Notes under the pieces: model-generated
What the model saw: only the letters and a program-made list of their open reading frames with translations
The model's database searches: none
Told to the model about the DNA's origin: nothing
Part shown: in pieces, positions 1-12,697 of the stretch
How the letters are laid out: every line of letters starts with the position of its first letter
Numbering within the stretch: position 1 is the stretch's first letter
From: Scyliorhinus canicula
Lineage: Eukaryota
Direction: 5' to 3'
Assembly: GCF_902713615.1 (NCBI RefSeq)
Contig: NC_052154.1
Coordinates: 192,982,948-193,046,947 of the forward strand
Length of the DNA: 64,000 bases
Made by a program: the position numbers and the translations under genes

Positions 1-344
1 AAGAACACCCTCTCCCAGTCGCACCACCAACCATGAGGCCTGTGGCCTCGCCTAACCCCACCTTCAGACCCCAATCTTCCCAATTCCCTACATTTGTCTC
101 CCAATTTCCAGGCTTTAAAACAAAACATTTATAATCACCGCATCATTATTTCCTGAATCCTCTTGTTTTCTCCAACTCTTGGCCCTAGTGGCAACTCCCT
201 TTGATACCTTAACCATTTAATACGTTTGGGTCAGTTATTGGATGCTGAAAGACATTGACCATGGTCATTTCTACCCTCATCTGATCACAGACTTGCTGGC
301 TGGCAGCTGGATCCAGATCACAGTATGAACCTGATGCCTTCTGT

Positions 345-755
345 TCAGAGTGTTAGCTGCAGCTCTTGCTTCTTGAGTCAGAAAGTTGTGTGTTCCAGGC
401 CCACTCTAGCACCGAAACCAGGTCTAACACTGCAATACTGAGAGAGTGCAGCAGTGTTGAAGATGTGACTTTAAAATCAAAGTCCCAGCTGCATGCTGAA
501 GGGGATGTAAAAGATCCCATGGCACTATTTTGAAAAAGAGTAGTGGAGTTATTCCTGGTTTCCTCGTCAGTATTTCTTTCTCAAATCAAGAGCAGTAAAG
601 CAGATTGAGTAGTTATTAGCACATGGTTCTTTGTGGAAGCTTGCTCTGTGCATATAGCTGCATTTTCTATTTTATAACAGGGACTTCAGAAATTGGCTTC
701 AAAACATTTTGGGGCTTCCTGTGATCTTAAAAAGTGTGATATAAATGCAAGTCTT
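345..755 (+). mobile_element. Ancient Deu-domain SINE (SacSINE1/AmnSINE1-like); second copy ~5310-5720
   Basis: tgtaaaagatcccatggcactatt...cttgctctgtgca...tataaatgcaagtc matches the remembered Deu-SINE core and tail. Confidence 0.7.
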
Positions 756-1695
756 TTTTGTTTTGTTGCTTAGAAATGAATAGTGCAATACATTCACCTA
801 TTGATTTGTAGTGGTGCTCACTCACTCAGTCTTCTCTCAGTCTTGGTGGTCTCCTGCATGTACAGGCTAGGTCCTTTACCCTAGCTTGTCAACTTGGAAA
901 GCTTATAGCATGTTTGAGGGAGGTTTTGTGCAGTGGTACCATCACTATCTTTGGGCCAGTAGCTCTGGGTTCAAGTCCCACTTCAGGACATGGAAGGTGG
1001 CCAAACAGGTCAATTATCAGCTTGTAAATCCTTCCCATATGCCTACAGGCGGGACGTAAAGAGTGGGAGTTTCCTGGTCAACCATACTGCAGAAGGCAAC
1101 AGCAAACCACTGCAGTGCATTGCCGAGTGCAATTCGGTACCAATCTAATGGAAGCCCATGCTCAGCATTGGGGTAGCTGAAGAAAGAGGAGAATAGAAAG
1201 ATTGAGAAGAATGAGCACATTCCCTCTTGTGGCCATGATGCACAGAGTGATTGAGTTTATTGTCTGCATCAGTTTGAAATGATGCATCAGCACAGCTGAA
1301 AGTTACACAGGGGCGGTATATTCAATTACTAACACAATTCAGGTCAACAAAATATCAAATAGATTAGTATTCTATGGAAGTTTAGCAGTTGAGTTTGTCA
1401 CCGTTTTTCAGATATTAAGGTGAACACACAAGCTCAGATTCTCGAGCCTAGGTTGGGAGATTTCCTGGTTCCACGAACCTGACCTTCAAAAGTGTCTGTC
1501 TGTCGGTGCAGGCTGAAATAGGAATCGGGCGAGTGATCCCAGAACGAGTAGAAAGGCTGCCGGGTGATGAGGCAGGTTGGGTGGATGGCCCACCTTTGTG
1601 AACCAGCATGCTGTTTAAATAAATAATAGATCCAAAAAATAGCCCTTAGGCCTCACCCCACCCCATGCTCCCTGTGCCCCATGTCCTTACATCCA

Positions 1696-1939
1696 TTTTT
1701 AAAAATTAATTATTTTAAAAAATAAATTCAGAGTACCCAATTATTTTTTTCCAATTAAGGGGCAATTTAGAGTGGCCAATCTACCTATCCTGCACATCTT
1801 CGGGTTGTGGGGGTGAAACCCACGCAGACACGGGGAGAATGTGCAAACTCCACACGGACAGTGACCCAGGGCCGGGATTCGAACCCTGGTCCTCAGCGCC
1901 ATAGGCAGCAATGCTAACCACTGTGCCATCGTGCTGCCC
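1696..1939 (-). mobile_element. Short tRNA-derived SINE family with aattgggtactctaaattt tail; other copies 12972-13201(-), 25839-26030(+), 40821-41036(+), 45913-46131(-), 51362-51579(-), 51789-52020(+), 57503-57731(-)
   Basis: Pol III A/B boxes (tggcacagtgg, ggttcgaatcc) and shared body. TSDs visible, e.g. tcctcctgata around 12972-13201. Confidence 0.9.
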
Positions 1940-3777
1940 ATGTGCTTACATCCATGCCAACTCACCAAGTATCATTGGACATTTCCTTCACAGCTTTGAC
2001 ACTTCCTTGACAGCGGGACAGTTCCAATGAGTTTGTGCATAGCAAGTGCATAATCATGTTTAATTTTAACAAAACTAAAGTGCGCCCTATTTCTTTCCCA
2101 AAGAGCGCCTTACCTCTCCCGGAGGTATCCCGGGACCCTATCCAAAGAGATACCGTACCTTTCTGAAGGGGTACCCTCGCTATCAAATGAATTTGCCGAG
2201 TTCAGACTCCTGTTACATGTTCTAATCAGCACACTGGGTTTCACACTCCTGTGGATACCAAGAGCAAATGTAATCATTTTGATAGCATTTAAAGCAATTT
2301 TTAAAACATCTTTTTCTTTAAAATTCTATTTTTTATTTGAAGGAACGAGTGGTGGGCTATTGTAATGTTAGCAGTTGTTAATGAGACAGTCATCTAGGAC
2401 AGTCAGTGGTGGTGAATCTCCCGCACTTTCTGTATTTGCCATCAATATAAAACCCTGCAGCATGAATCAGAGTCTAAATCTATCACCATCAAATCCCATC
2501 TCCCTCTAACCCGACGATCCCATAACTGAAAATCAGTTAGTGCAGGAGAGTCGTTCAATACCAATCATAATTGTAAAACATTCAACAATTACCACTTTTG
2601 TTTTGTTAGTTATAAATCCCCGAAGGTACAGTACGACCCCTCTGAACAAAGTTCTGTATTGCCCGATTTCATCCATCCCTCTGTTACTTCAGGATCACCT
2701 CCTGCCTGGAGGACTTCATCTTTACCAACACGCAAGATTCCAAATTTGTCTAGGTGCTTTAGCAACACCTCTTCTGCTATCTAGCACGTTTCTAAGTGAC
2801 GCTTTATGGGTGTAGGGTGTTGTTTACAGACACCGGTGTCCAAGGTAACTGTTCTGGATAAATGATATCTGTCTCAGATTCTTTCTTGGCACCAGCTTCA
2901 GAGATCCAGTGAATCATTCAAGGCGGGAGAAACAGGAAAATAAAAGCTAGAGAGGTCACAATTGAGGCATGTACCATTGGCCTTGCTGCTGACCAACACT
3001 GCATGCCCGGTGATGCATGTTGAACCAAATTGGTCAAAGCGATTCACCATGACACCGTACAGAATAATTGGGACTCATGGAGCAAGTCAGTCTTCCAGCT
3101 CCGTGCATCTGAACTGCTTGTTTTCAGGTCCACTTTCTCTACTTACACAGCACAAAAGGAGGCCATTTGGCCTTTCTTGCTTGTGCCAGCTCTCTGCAAG
3201 AGCAATTTACCGAGTGCCACCCTCCAGCCTTTTTCCCATAGCCCTGCAGAATTTCCTCTTCAGATAATAATCCAATTCTCTTTTGAAAGTCATGAGTGAC
3301 CTTGCCTCAGCACACTCTTGGCCAGTGCATTCCAGATCCTAACCAATGTGCAAAAAAAGGTTTTTACTCATGTCACTATTGTTCACCAATTTTTATTTAT
3401 AAAGGCTCACTGGAAATTGAAATTCTATTGTACAGCAAGAGCTTTGTATCCAAGTTTTTGTACTTTTCTTTCAAATCACTTAGCATGGGTAATCTATAGG
3501 CTCCGTCACACTTCAAGAGACTCTCGCTCCTGCTGATCTGTTTATTGAACCACAGGAACAGGATGTCAATCAATTTATTTGCTTCGGCATAATGAATGTG
3601 ATTTTTGGAATGCATGTGGGTGGCCTGCCGAAAGTGCATTTTTTTAAGATTCTAGTTTAGGGACCTCAGTCTTGTGAATCAGAATTGGACATTGCTTTTA
3701 CCTTTTAGAATGATTGTCACAAAGCGGGCACCAAAAACAGCAAGTGTCCTGTGTGGGACCAAGGGCAACAATTTTCT

Positions 3778-5009
3778 TTCTTTTAATAAACATTTTATTG
3801 AGGTATTTTTGGTATTGTAACTACAACAAAATAAACAATGTACAGGAAACTATAAACATAGTGCAAAACCCGTCTCCCTTTCTTCCAGGTCCCACCTTTA
3901 TTAGCCCCCTACTCTAAGCTAAACTAAACCCCCCCCACCCCTTTCTGCTGATGATTAATTTTCCGCGAAGAAGTCGATGAACGGCTGCCCCCTCCGGGCG
4001 AACCCTAACACTGACCCTCTCAAGGCGAACTTGATTTTCTCCAAACACAGAAAGCTAGCCATGTCTGATAGCCAGGGCTCCGACTTTGGGACCTTTGAGT
4101 CCCTCCAAGCTAATAGCATCTGTCTCCGGGCTACCAGGGAAGCAAAGGCCAGAACGGCTGCCTCTTTCTCCTCCTGGATTCCCGGGTCTTCCGACACCCC
4201 GAAAATCGCCACCCCTGGACTCCGCGCCACCCTTGTTTTTAACACCGTGGACATGACATCTGCAAACCCCTGCCAAAATCCCCTGAGCTTCGGACATGGT
4301 TTGCTGGTCCTCCCACACATTTTACACACCTGTCATCCACCCCAGAGAATCTGCTCATCCGGGCCAGTGTCATGTGAGCCCGGTGAACGGCCTTGAATTG
4401 TATCAGGCTGAGCCTGGCACATGTTACGGACGCATTTACTCTACTCAACGCGTCCGCCCATAGACCATCCTCTATCTCTCCTCCCAGCTCCTCCTCCCAC
4501 TTGCGCTTCAGCTCCTCGGTCTGCGTCTCCTCTGACCCCATAAGTTCCTTGTAAATGTTAGAGACGCTCCCTTCTCCTACCCACCCTCTGGAAACTACCC
4601 TGTCCTGAATCCCCCTTAGCGGTAGGAGCGGGAAGGTTGACACCTGTTTACGTAGGAAGTCCCACACCTGCAGATCCCTGAATTTGTTTCCCCTCGCCAA
4701 CCCAAACTTCTCCTCCAGCGCCCTCATACTCGGAAAGCTCCCCTCTATAAACATGTCCCCCATCCTCTCAATCCCTGCTCTCCGCCATATCCAGAACCCC
4801 CCATCCATACTTCCCGGGGCAAACCGGTGATTATTACAGATTGGGGACCAGACCGATGCTCCCTCTGCTCCCACATGTCTCCTCCATTGCCCCCAGACTC
4901 TCAGGGCCGCCACCACCACGGGGCTGGTGAAGTACCGTTCCGGCGGGAACGGCAGAGGCGCAGCTGCCAACGCCCCCAGACTGGTGCCCTAGCATGAAGC
5001 TGCCTCCAT
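3778..5009 (-). mobile_element. 5'-truncated fish-type L1/Tx1-like LINE, ORF2 C-terminus + 3' UTR
   Basis: ARLSLIQFKAVHRAH and LEKIKFALRGS motifs. TSD aggg(c/a)aacaattttct at 3762-3777 and 5010-5025. Confidence 0.85.
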
Positions 5010-6106
5010 AGGGAAACAATTTTCTGAGCAAAGACCTGCGTCGAGTACATTATTTACTGATAGTTCCAATACAACAGGAAAGCCAATGGTTCAGTGCCGA
5101 TTTAAACTATGCAAAATCCACCTTTGAGGCACTGTTGAAACGTGCAACAGTACAGCTGCCTTAAGAAGTAATGACATAAATTTGTCAAACATGGGACATC
5201 CATTGCCAGCCACAATGATCGTCGTTCTCTTAATGCTATACAGGGAATGCTGAAAAAATATGTTCCTCTTGTGGCATTCCAGCAATGAGTATCATCTATT
5301 TGTACCAGCTGCAGCTCAGTGGATCGCACATTTGCCGCTGCATCATAAGGTTCTGAATTCAAGTCCCATTCCAGGACTTGAGTATAAAAATCAAGGCTGA
5401 CGCTCAGTGCAATACTGAGGGAGCACGGCACTGCTTGAAGTGCAGATTTCAGATGAGATATTAAAATCCAGCCCCCTCCCCCTGGGATTTGCCTGTACAG
5501 TGGAAGCAAAATAACACCATTGTACTATCTTGAATAAGAGTAGGAGTCACCCTATTGTGCATGATCAACGTTGCATTAAAAAGATTATCTAGTCACTGTC
5601 ACTGGAAGTTTGTTGTGTGCATCTTATGGTTGCATTTCCTCCATTGCAACAATGACTGTACTTCAAGTACCCCACTGGCTATTCGTCACTTTAAGGTGTA
5701 CGTTGGTTGTGAGAAGCTAGTCTCTCCCCACCACCACTCCCTATCCATGGTGCTCCCAGCATGCCCAATCATCAGGCTTTGTCGGAGGGCACATATTCAG
5801 TGTTCCTCCAATGGTAAGTATTGCAATGGTTGCAGAGATCAGTGCGGCCCAATGTTAACATCAGCTGACATTGAAATCATCAGTTTGTCCAAAGATGTGT
5901 TTCCTTTATCAGCCAATGAACTCGCTCAACCCTCTAGCGTGTAAAAGCAATATTTCTTGTTGGAATGATGACGTGTTTGAAAGTTGCGTTTCTTTTCCTC
6001 ATTTGCATATTTAATAACCTGCTGCATTTGTTTATTGTGTGAGTGTAAAATTTGCATTTAAAGATACCTCAAAGTAACATACGTGATATTTGTTCTGATA
6101 CACTAG

Positions 6107-6271
6107 GATGAGCACAATATCACAAGTGATGTGTTCCTAAGTCTCCCCTGTGTCCTGGGAATAACAGGAGTATGTGGAATCTTAAAGCAGCCACTCAAGG
6201 AGAAAGAGGAAACTAAACTGAAAAGCAGTGTGGAAAACCTTCTGAGAATCCAGCGAGAAATTTCACTCTGA
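6107..6271 (+). CDS. Last coding exon of an L-lactate dehydrogenase-like gene (not in the ORF track)
   Basis: After ...gatacactag: DEHNITSDVFLSLPCVLGITGVCGILKQPLKEKEETKLKSSVENLLRIQREISL*, 54 aa. Same length and phase-0 boundary as the LDHA last exon as I recall it ([23 protein letters not shown]...[22 protein letters not shown]). Confidence 0.9.
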   Translation, partial: DEHNITSDVFLSLPCVLGITGVCGILKQPLKEKEETKLKSSVENLLRIQREISL

Positions 6272-6479
6272 ACAAAATGCTAAGCGCCGGCCTCTTTATA
6301 TAACTGGTTGTCAGAGCACCATTGTTATATCACTTATGGGTGCATCATTATATAATAGTGTATAATCATTGTGAATATTAGTTAAGTTGTTTGCAGTGTG
6401 AAAGTTGCACAGAAATTAGATGCAAATGTATTTTAAATATTGCCTATTAGATTTATATTAAAACCAATAACCAATATGC

Positions 6480-6485
6480 AATAAA
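6480..6485 (+). promoter_or_regulatory. Likely polyadenylation signal of the LDH-like gene
   Basis: AATAAA ~210 nt after the stop codon in an AT-rich 3' UTR. Confidence 0.5.
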
Positions 6486-8663
6486 ACGGAAACCAAATCA
6501 CAAGCATGCCAACTTAATGTGGCATTTACTATCCACTTCAAAGCAGAGAATACATTAGCCTTGAAGGTTAATAATCAAGAACTGACAAGGGTATAACGAG
6601 ATGTAGTAACCCTCAAGGTCTTTGCCTTTACTTTCAAATTGAAGTCCAGCTGCATGAACATGGAGTTAATTGGAAAAGAGCCAGGTTCTTCCATAATAAA
6701 ATTGAATAACTCCTTATAATATAGATGTGTACCACATATCAATAGACATAACCATTGATATCAACCCATTAAATGCAGAGGAATTGGATTACCTCCACTT
6801 TAAGTACTCAACATCTAGTCTACACACTGCCAAATCTACAAATTAAAGGATACTTAATAATAAAGATCTGTGCACTGGAATGTTAACTTCCCCAATTCTC
6901 TAAATGCCTGAAGGATTTCAACCTTGTTGGTGAAAATCAATGTGCAGCACACAGAGAAACCTCCATCAATTTATTATGGATGGGTTGTATTATTTTTGTT
7001 TGTAAAGTAACTACAATGATTTTATTCATTTTGGAAAACAGCTGATAGTGTGATGCAGTTCTGCCACCCTTGCACTGAAGTGTAAGTGATGAAAAGATCC
7101 TTTCCTCACAGTAACTGTGGGGAACTCTGCAAGTCATACTTCATCAGCTCCAACTATAATTGCTGAATGTTACGTCAGGAATTCAGCAAACTCTTTCCAA
7201 ATGTCATACTTTCAGGCAGTAACTAAACCAGCTGGTTTCAGATACAGCAATGAAGTTGCCCTGTCGGTTAGCAAGCTATTTCCACTGGATAGCCAAATTG
7301 CTGTCAATTGTAGGAATTTTACAACAAAATAGATAAGGGTGGAAATGCAGTGCTGGCCCATCACCATCTGCAATAAGGCGACTGGTTAATATTTTGGGCG
7401 TTAATCCTTGCAGCATTTTCTGTTTTTATTTGGAAATTCCAGACTTGATACCCCTCCCCCGCCCCAATGTGCTTCTCTTCACCCGATGTTTCTGTATCGC
7501 TGCTGTAAGTTTGTACGTTAATTCCAGGTAGAGGAAAATCTTCTCCGTTGTTTTAAATGTTTTATTGCAAATTGCTCTACAGTTAAACATTACTTCCTAC
7601 TTTACAAATTACAAGTATAGACAACATTGTTCAAGGGGTGAAGTTGTCCTCCCCCTCTGTGGCGTGTTCTGCAGAGGCGGAGGGCACCCTGCCAGTGGCC
7701 AGCAGAGGGATCGTCTGGTCCCCCCATTGCCAATGGGGTTTCCCGTTCCTGTTGAACGCACCCCTTACTGCCGCAAAACCCACGGTGGGAATGCGTCACC
7801 AGCTTGGTCAACCAGAAAATCCCAGCCAGTTTCTATTTTGATTGGATTTTGTTCATTTTACTCCCACCATCGACTTCTATTTATATTTCCAGCATTTAAA
7901 GCAGACCAAAACATTGCATAGAAGTGAAACAAACTGAAGGAACTTTAAGTAAAACTCTTCTTTTATTCTGAAGTTGTGAAAGCAGGACCTTAATAAAAAA
8001 AAACACAACCTGTGTAAATAAAAGGAGTACATCTGGAATATGGTTATTACTAAATAACACTGACATAGGGGGCCCAATTTTAACTCTTTGCCAGTGAATG
8101 GGTTTTGAGCGAGTTAAAAATTAATTCACCCATTAATTCAGTCTCTGGGTTTAGCGCAGTATATTTTCTGTAGCACTTTCATTCAGTTACAGGATAAACT
8201 ACATGCCAAGATTTTTCTTTTGTTGCCACATGTGAAAGGTTGTGGTTTGGAAGTGTGCATCTTTCTTTGGCTAATCTTCATCTATTATTTGTAATACATA
8301 AAAGACTATTCTACAATGTTTAAGAAGTTTCAATAAATTAAATGGAACATATCACATAATTAGAAGTAACGGCTTCTGAATTATTGCTGGTCATGTACTG
8401 AAAGGGCTGCTGAATGATTTGTGCGATGCTTGTTCTGCTTCTGCCACATTGAAGATACACTTTCTGGCCAAAATGTCCATTGTCAAAGGGCAACACTTCA
8501 TCATCTAGTATCTTGCTCTTGGGAGGATTTTCTCAGCTGGGATTCTGTTGGTTGAACTGTCTGGAAATGCAGATGTAAGGTCACTTTTTGTGTGTGTGAA
8601 GAACAATGTTCATTACAGCTACATTCTGTTGCGTGTGACTGCAGAGTCTTTGGAGATGTCTAT

Positions 8664-8995
8664 CTACAAATGGTGAGCTGTCTGCTGAGCGGAAATAGTT
8701 ACTGGATAGTTGGTACCTGGAGCTGGTTCCTCCTCCACTTTGATTTTAGGAGTCAGTAACCACTCATTAAATAGCGTATTAGGACTGTTCTTTACATACC
8801 TCCCACTCTCTGATATCAACGTGTAATCAAAAGGTTCGGATTTTACTCCATTACTATTGCCAACGTGAATATTGGCAATTGGCTTTCTTTCAGACCTACT
8901 GCAGTCTGTAGCACGGGTGGGGTTACAATGCACGGAAACTTCTGGGTCACACAAATTCTTTTCAGGGTTTTGTTTGCTCAGCGAACTGCATAAGT
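8664..8995 (-). CDS. Terminal coding exon of the PRDM-like gene (LCSSLSKQNPEKNL...VKSEP...IKVEEEP...AHHL*)
   Basis: Acceptor ttatctttttttctag; phase 1 start gives 110 codons to TAG. Non-repetitive sequence with VKSE and IKVE motifs typical of transcription-factor tails. Confidence 0.75.
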
Positions 8996-9594
8996 CTAGA
9001 AAAAAGATAAGACAATGAATAAAACATTGCGTTCATTTCCATTTTAGAAATGAGTTGATGCCCATAAATAGTCATGCTTTTGATAATTTATCGTTAGTTT
9101 ATCTGACATGTTAGTGCCCAAGAATATATTTTAGGGAATGAACAGCTATTTACATGAGAAACATTTTTTTTGGCATTTAATTTTTTAGTCATTCCCCGAC
9201 TGCATACAATGCAGGAGTGTTGTATCTCAATTTTCTGACAGGACAAAGAATCCATCTATTTCACACTCGGGTATAAGTAGGTGCCGAAATGTAGCTCTTC
9301 CCTCCAGGTAGGCACAGCTGAGATCAGGGATTCCACCAAGGGACACATATCATGGGGGCAGGGGAAGGAAGAGTTTATAGAAACAAGAACTGGTGCATTT
9401 CACAAGGCATTTACCTGCACCCTCCACCTTTACACAATTTTCCTTCCACTTCAATTAGACATTAGCACTGCTGTTTGCCTCAAATAAGTTTCCCGATCTC
9501 GCACGGACACTTTTTGCAAAGATTTTAACTATTTGGCTCTCGCGAGCCCAAGGGAAATAAAAACCAACCGTTTATGCTTGTAAAAGTATACATC

Positions 9595-11147
9595 TTTCAG
9601 CTGACTCTTGGAAGCGCAGTGGGGCGTGAGCAGGTGTTAAGCTGGAACTTGACTTGGGGGATTGGGTTTCTAGTGCTGTTGCTGGCAGGGGGGGAGGAGA
9701 CTGTTTTGCTGACGGGAGAAACTGTTACTAGGGGACAAATGGGAGGTCGGAAACGGCGACAGCCCGAGTGGGGACTCGATGAAGCGGAGGGCACGAGCTC
9801 GAGGCTGGCCTAAAAAGGGTGATGGCTAGTCGGCCGGGGGGGGGGTTTGGAAGCCCCCCGTCCACACTGATCACATGGAACATGAGAGGACTGAATGGGC
9901 CGGTCAAGAGGGCTCGCATGTTTGCGCATTTGAGGGCACTGAAGGTGGACGTGGCAATGTTACAAGAGACACACCTAAAGGTTACAGACCAGACGAGACT
10001 GAGGAAGGGGTGGGTTAGCCAAGTGTTCCACTCAGGATTGGACTCAAAGACCAGGGGGGGTAGCGATCTTCATCAGCAAACGAGTGGCATTCGAGACAGG
10101 GAGAATTGTGTCAGAAAAGGGGGGTAGGTACATAATGATGAGTGGGAAGCTGGAGGGGGTGCGAGTGGTATTTGTGAACATATATGCTCCGAATTGGGAC
10201 GACGTGGAATTTATGAGGCGGGTGGAGGGGAAGGGAGTGGCACAAAGCAGGTCATATCGGATTGCTTGCTTGTTATAAGCAGAACCTGATATTCAGTTCT
10301 ATTGCAGTCGATGGAACTAAATACTGTTTCATTTCATTTTCATTTTTTTCATTTCATTTCATTTTCATTTTATTCATTTCGTTTGGTAAGGTCCCAGACT
10401 TAGAGTCACATAACTTGATCATGGGAGGGGACTTCAGCACAGTCATTGATCCGGAATTGGACCAGTTAAAATCCAGGACAGGAGGGGGCTGTCTGTGGCA
10501 AAGGAATTGAAGGGTTTTATGGAAAAGATGGGCGGAATAGACCCATGGAAGTTTGCACAGCCGAGGACGAAGGAGTTTTCCTTTTTCTCACTTGTCCAGA
10601 AGGTATACTCTAACATCGACTTTTTTGTTCTGAGCAGGGCGTTAATACCGAAGGTGGTGGATCATGTCCCGCACTGGGTGGATCTACGGGTTAGTGTGGA
10701 GAGAGGGCAACGCCTGCTGTGGAGATGCTAGCGGACGAGGCGGTCTGTGTGCAAAAAGAGGCCGACGTCTTGGCCTTTGCCTCCCTGGTAGCCCGGAGAC
10801 AGATCTTGTTAATGTGGAGGGACTCAAAGCCCCCGAGTGTAGAGACCTGGGTTAGTGACATGGCTGGGTTTCTCAGTCTCTAGAAAATAAAGTTTGCCTT
10901 AAGAGGGTCAATGTTAGAGTTCTCCCGGAGGTGGCAGCCGTTCATCGACTTTCTCAGGGAAAATTAAAATGTCAGCAGATGCAGTATTCCAAAGGGGGCG
11001 GGAGGGGATTGTCGTATGGTTGAGGTGTGTGAAGATTGGGCTGGGGGGGGGCGGGATATGTTTATTTTACCATGTTGATGTCATTGTTTATGTTACTGTT
11101 CTAAAAAATTTTAAATACCTTAATAAAATATTATTTAAAAAAAAAAG
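9595..11147 (+). mobile_element. Internally deleted L1-like LINE (ORF2 endonuclease start joined to ORF2 end/3' UTR)
   Basis: TWNMRGLNGPVKR, LQETHL, NIYAPN and MGGDF motifs; A-tail. 12-bp TSD AAAGTATACATC at 9583-9594 and 11148-11159. Confidence 0.88.
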
Positions 11148-11532
11148 AAAGTATACATCGTGTTGCATTTGCAATTTTCTTTGTCTTTGCCTGAGTTGGT
11201 TTTCTTTTGTTAAAACTTATTGGGGTGGAGAGAGGGGAAGGGAGTGGCACAAAGCAGGTCATATCGGATTGCTTGCTTGTTATAAGCAGTACCTGATATT
11301 CAGTTCTATTGCAGTCGATGGAATTAAATGCCAGGCACTGTTGTGACGAGGCAGGCAATCCAATACCACTGGTTTTGTGCCATGATCCAAAATCAGTTTT
11401 GACCTCATTCTTTTTCTGAAATGCAAGAATCAGCATTTCTTTTCAAACCAATAAGCCTCCCTTCACAGTTTGATTAGGTTCGTCGCCATCGGCTGTCCCT
11501 TGATTCAAATATGATGTATTCGAAGATACAAA

Positions 11533-11757
11533 GGTGGAGTATTGTGAGCAGTTCTGGGCCCTGTATCCAAGGAAGGATGTGCTGGCCTTGGAAAGGGTCC
11601 AGAGGAGGTTCACAAGAATGATCCCTGGAATGAAGAGCTTGTTGTATGAGGAGCGTATGAGGACTCTGGGTCTGTACTCATTGGAGTTTGGAAGGATGAG
11701 AGGGGATCTTATTGAAATGTACAAGATACTGCGAGGCCTGAATAGAGTGGACGTGGG
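11533..11757 (+). mobile_element. CR1/HER1 RT C-terminal fragment
   Basis: EYCEQFWALYPRKDVLALERVQRRFTRMIPG. Confidence 0.85.
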
Positions 11758-11811
11758 TGGTTAGTTTAGATTTGGCATGGAGGCGACTTTGGTTAATGGG
11801 TTTTCCACCTA

Positions 11812-12697
11812 TTTTTTAAAATAATGTTTTTATTCTCCGTTTTCACATTTTCCTTCAAAATTTACACCCCACCCACCGACAGTAAACGGTAACAAATACA
11901 AAATCAATCCCCTTAACAATAACAACGACCCCATCCTCCCACCACCCCAAACAATTGCCCACCTGTCAATATATGCATCCAATAAAACAAACCCTCTCAC
12001 GGTGGAAAGAAAAAAACAAAGGAGAAAAAGAAAAAGGAGTCCGGGACCGCCCATGGTCACCTCGGTCCTTCAACTCCTTCAGGCAGCCCCACAATCCTCA
12101 AATTCTGTCGCCTGGATCTGTTTTCCAGGTCTTCCATTTTTCCTCGCAGATCCTTGTTAATCTCCATCACCGTCCCCATCTCCTTCCCCATCGAGATAAG
12201 TTGATCACCGTGCTGGAATAATGTCTCCTCCACTTCCTTCAGCGCCTCCCCTTGCTCCCGCACCTCCGCCACTGTGCTCGCTACCGCCGTCGTCACCGGG
12301 GAAATCGCCTCCTCCACCAGCACACTCAAAACCTCCCTCATCTCCTTCCTCATTGCCTCCATTTGTTTTGTAAACTGCCTTTCGAATTCCACAGCCATCA
12401 CCTTAGTTATTTCTTCAGCCATAAGCAATGCGGCCTCCCCTGGTGCTCCAGCCTCCATTTTCCTTGGTGACCCCGCAGTGACCTTTCCACTCCCCGACGG
12501 ACCTTCAGCTGTTTTTTTTACGGCTGTTTTTTTGCTCACCCTCGACATTTTCCTTTACTGTGCATTCACTGTGCCTTCTCCCTGCTTTTGCCGCCTCCGT
12601 GGACCCTGGGACCGGGCTTAAAGCCCCGGAAATGCCGTCCCCGAACGGGAGCCCTCCATTGTGCGGCTGCCTCCCGCCCGCCGTCACCGGAAGTCTC
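11812..12697 (-). mobile_element. L1-like deletion derivative: 5' UTR + ORF1 N-terminus fused to 3' UTR
   Basis: ORF1 coiled-coil and LENRSRRQNLRIVGLPEG motif; AATAAA and A-tail. TSD-like ggttttccac(c/t)ta on both sides. Confidence 0.8.

Noticed and set aside
1741-1968. Recurrent short ORFs such as MAQWLALLP...GHCPCGVCTFSPCLRGF, and tRNA-like sequences
   Set aside because: These are translations and tRNA-derived heads of SINE copies, not genes or tRNAs.
5765-5820. Possible penultimate LDH exon (IIRLCRRAH..., strong gtaagt donor)
   Set aside because: Only vague resemblance to KNLRRVHPVSTM, needs a frameshift, and lacks the upstream KGYTSWAIG motif.
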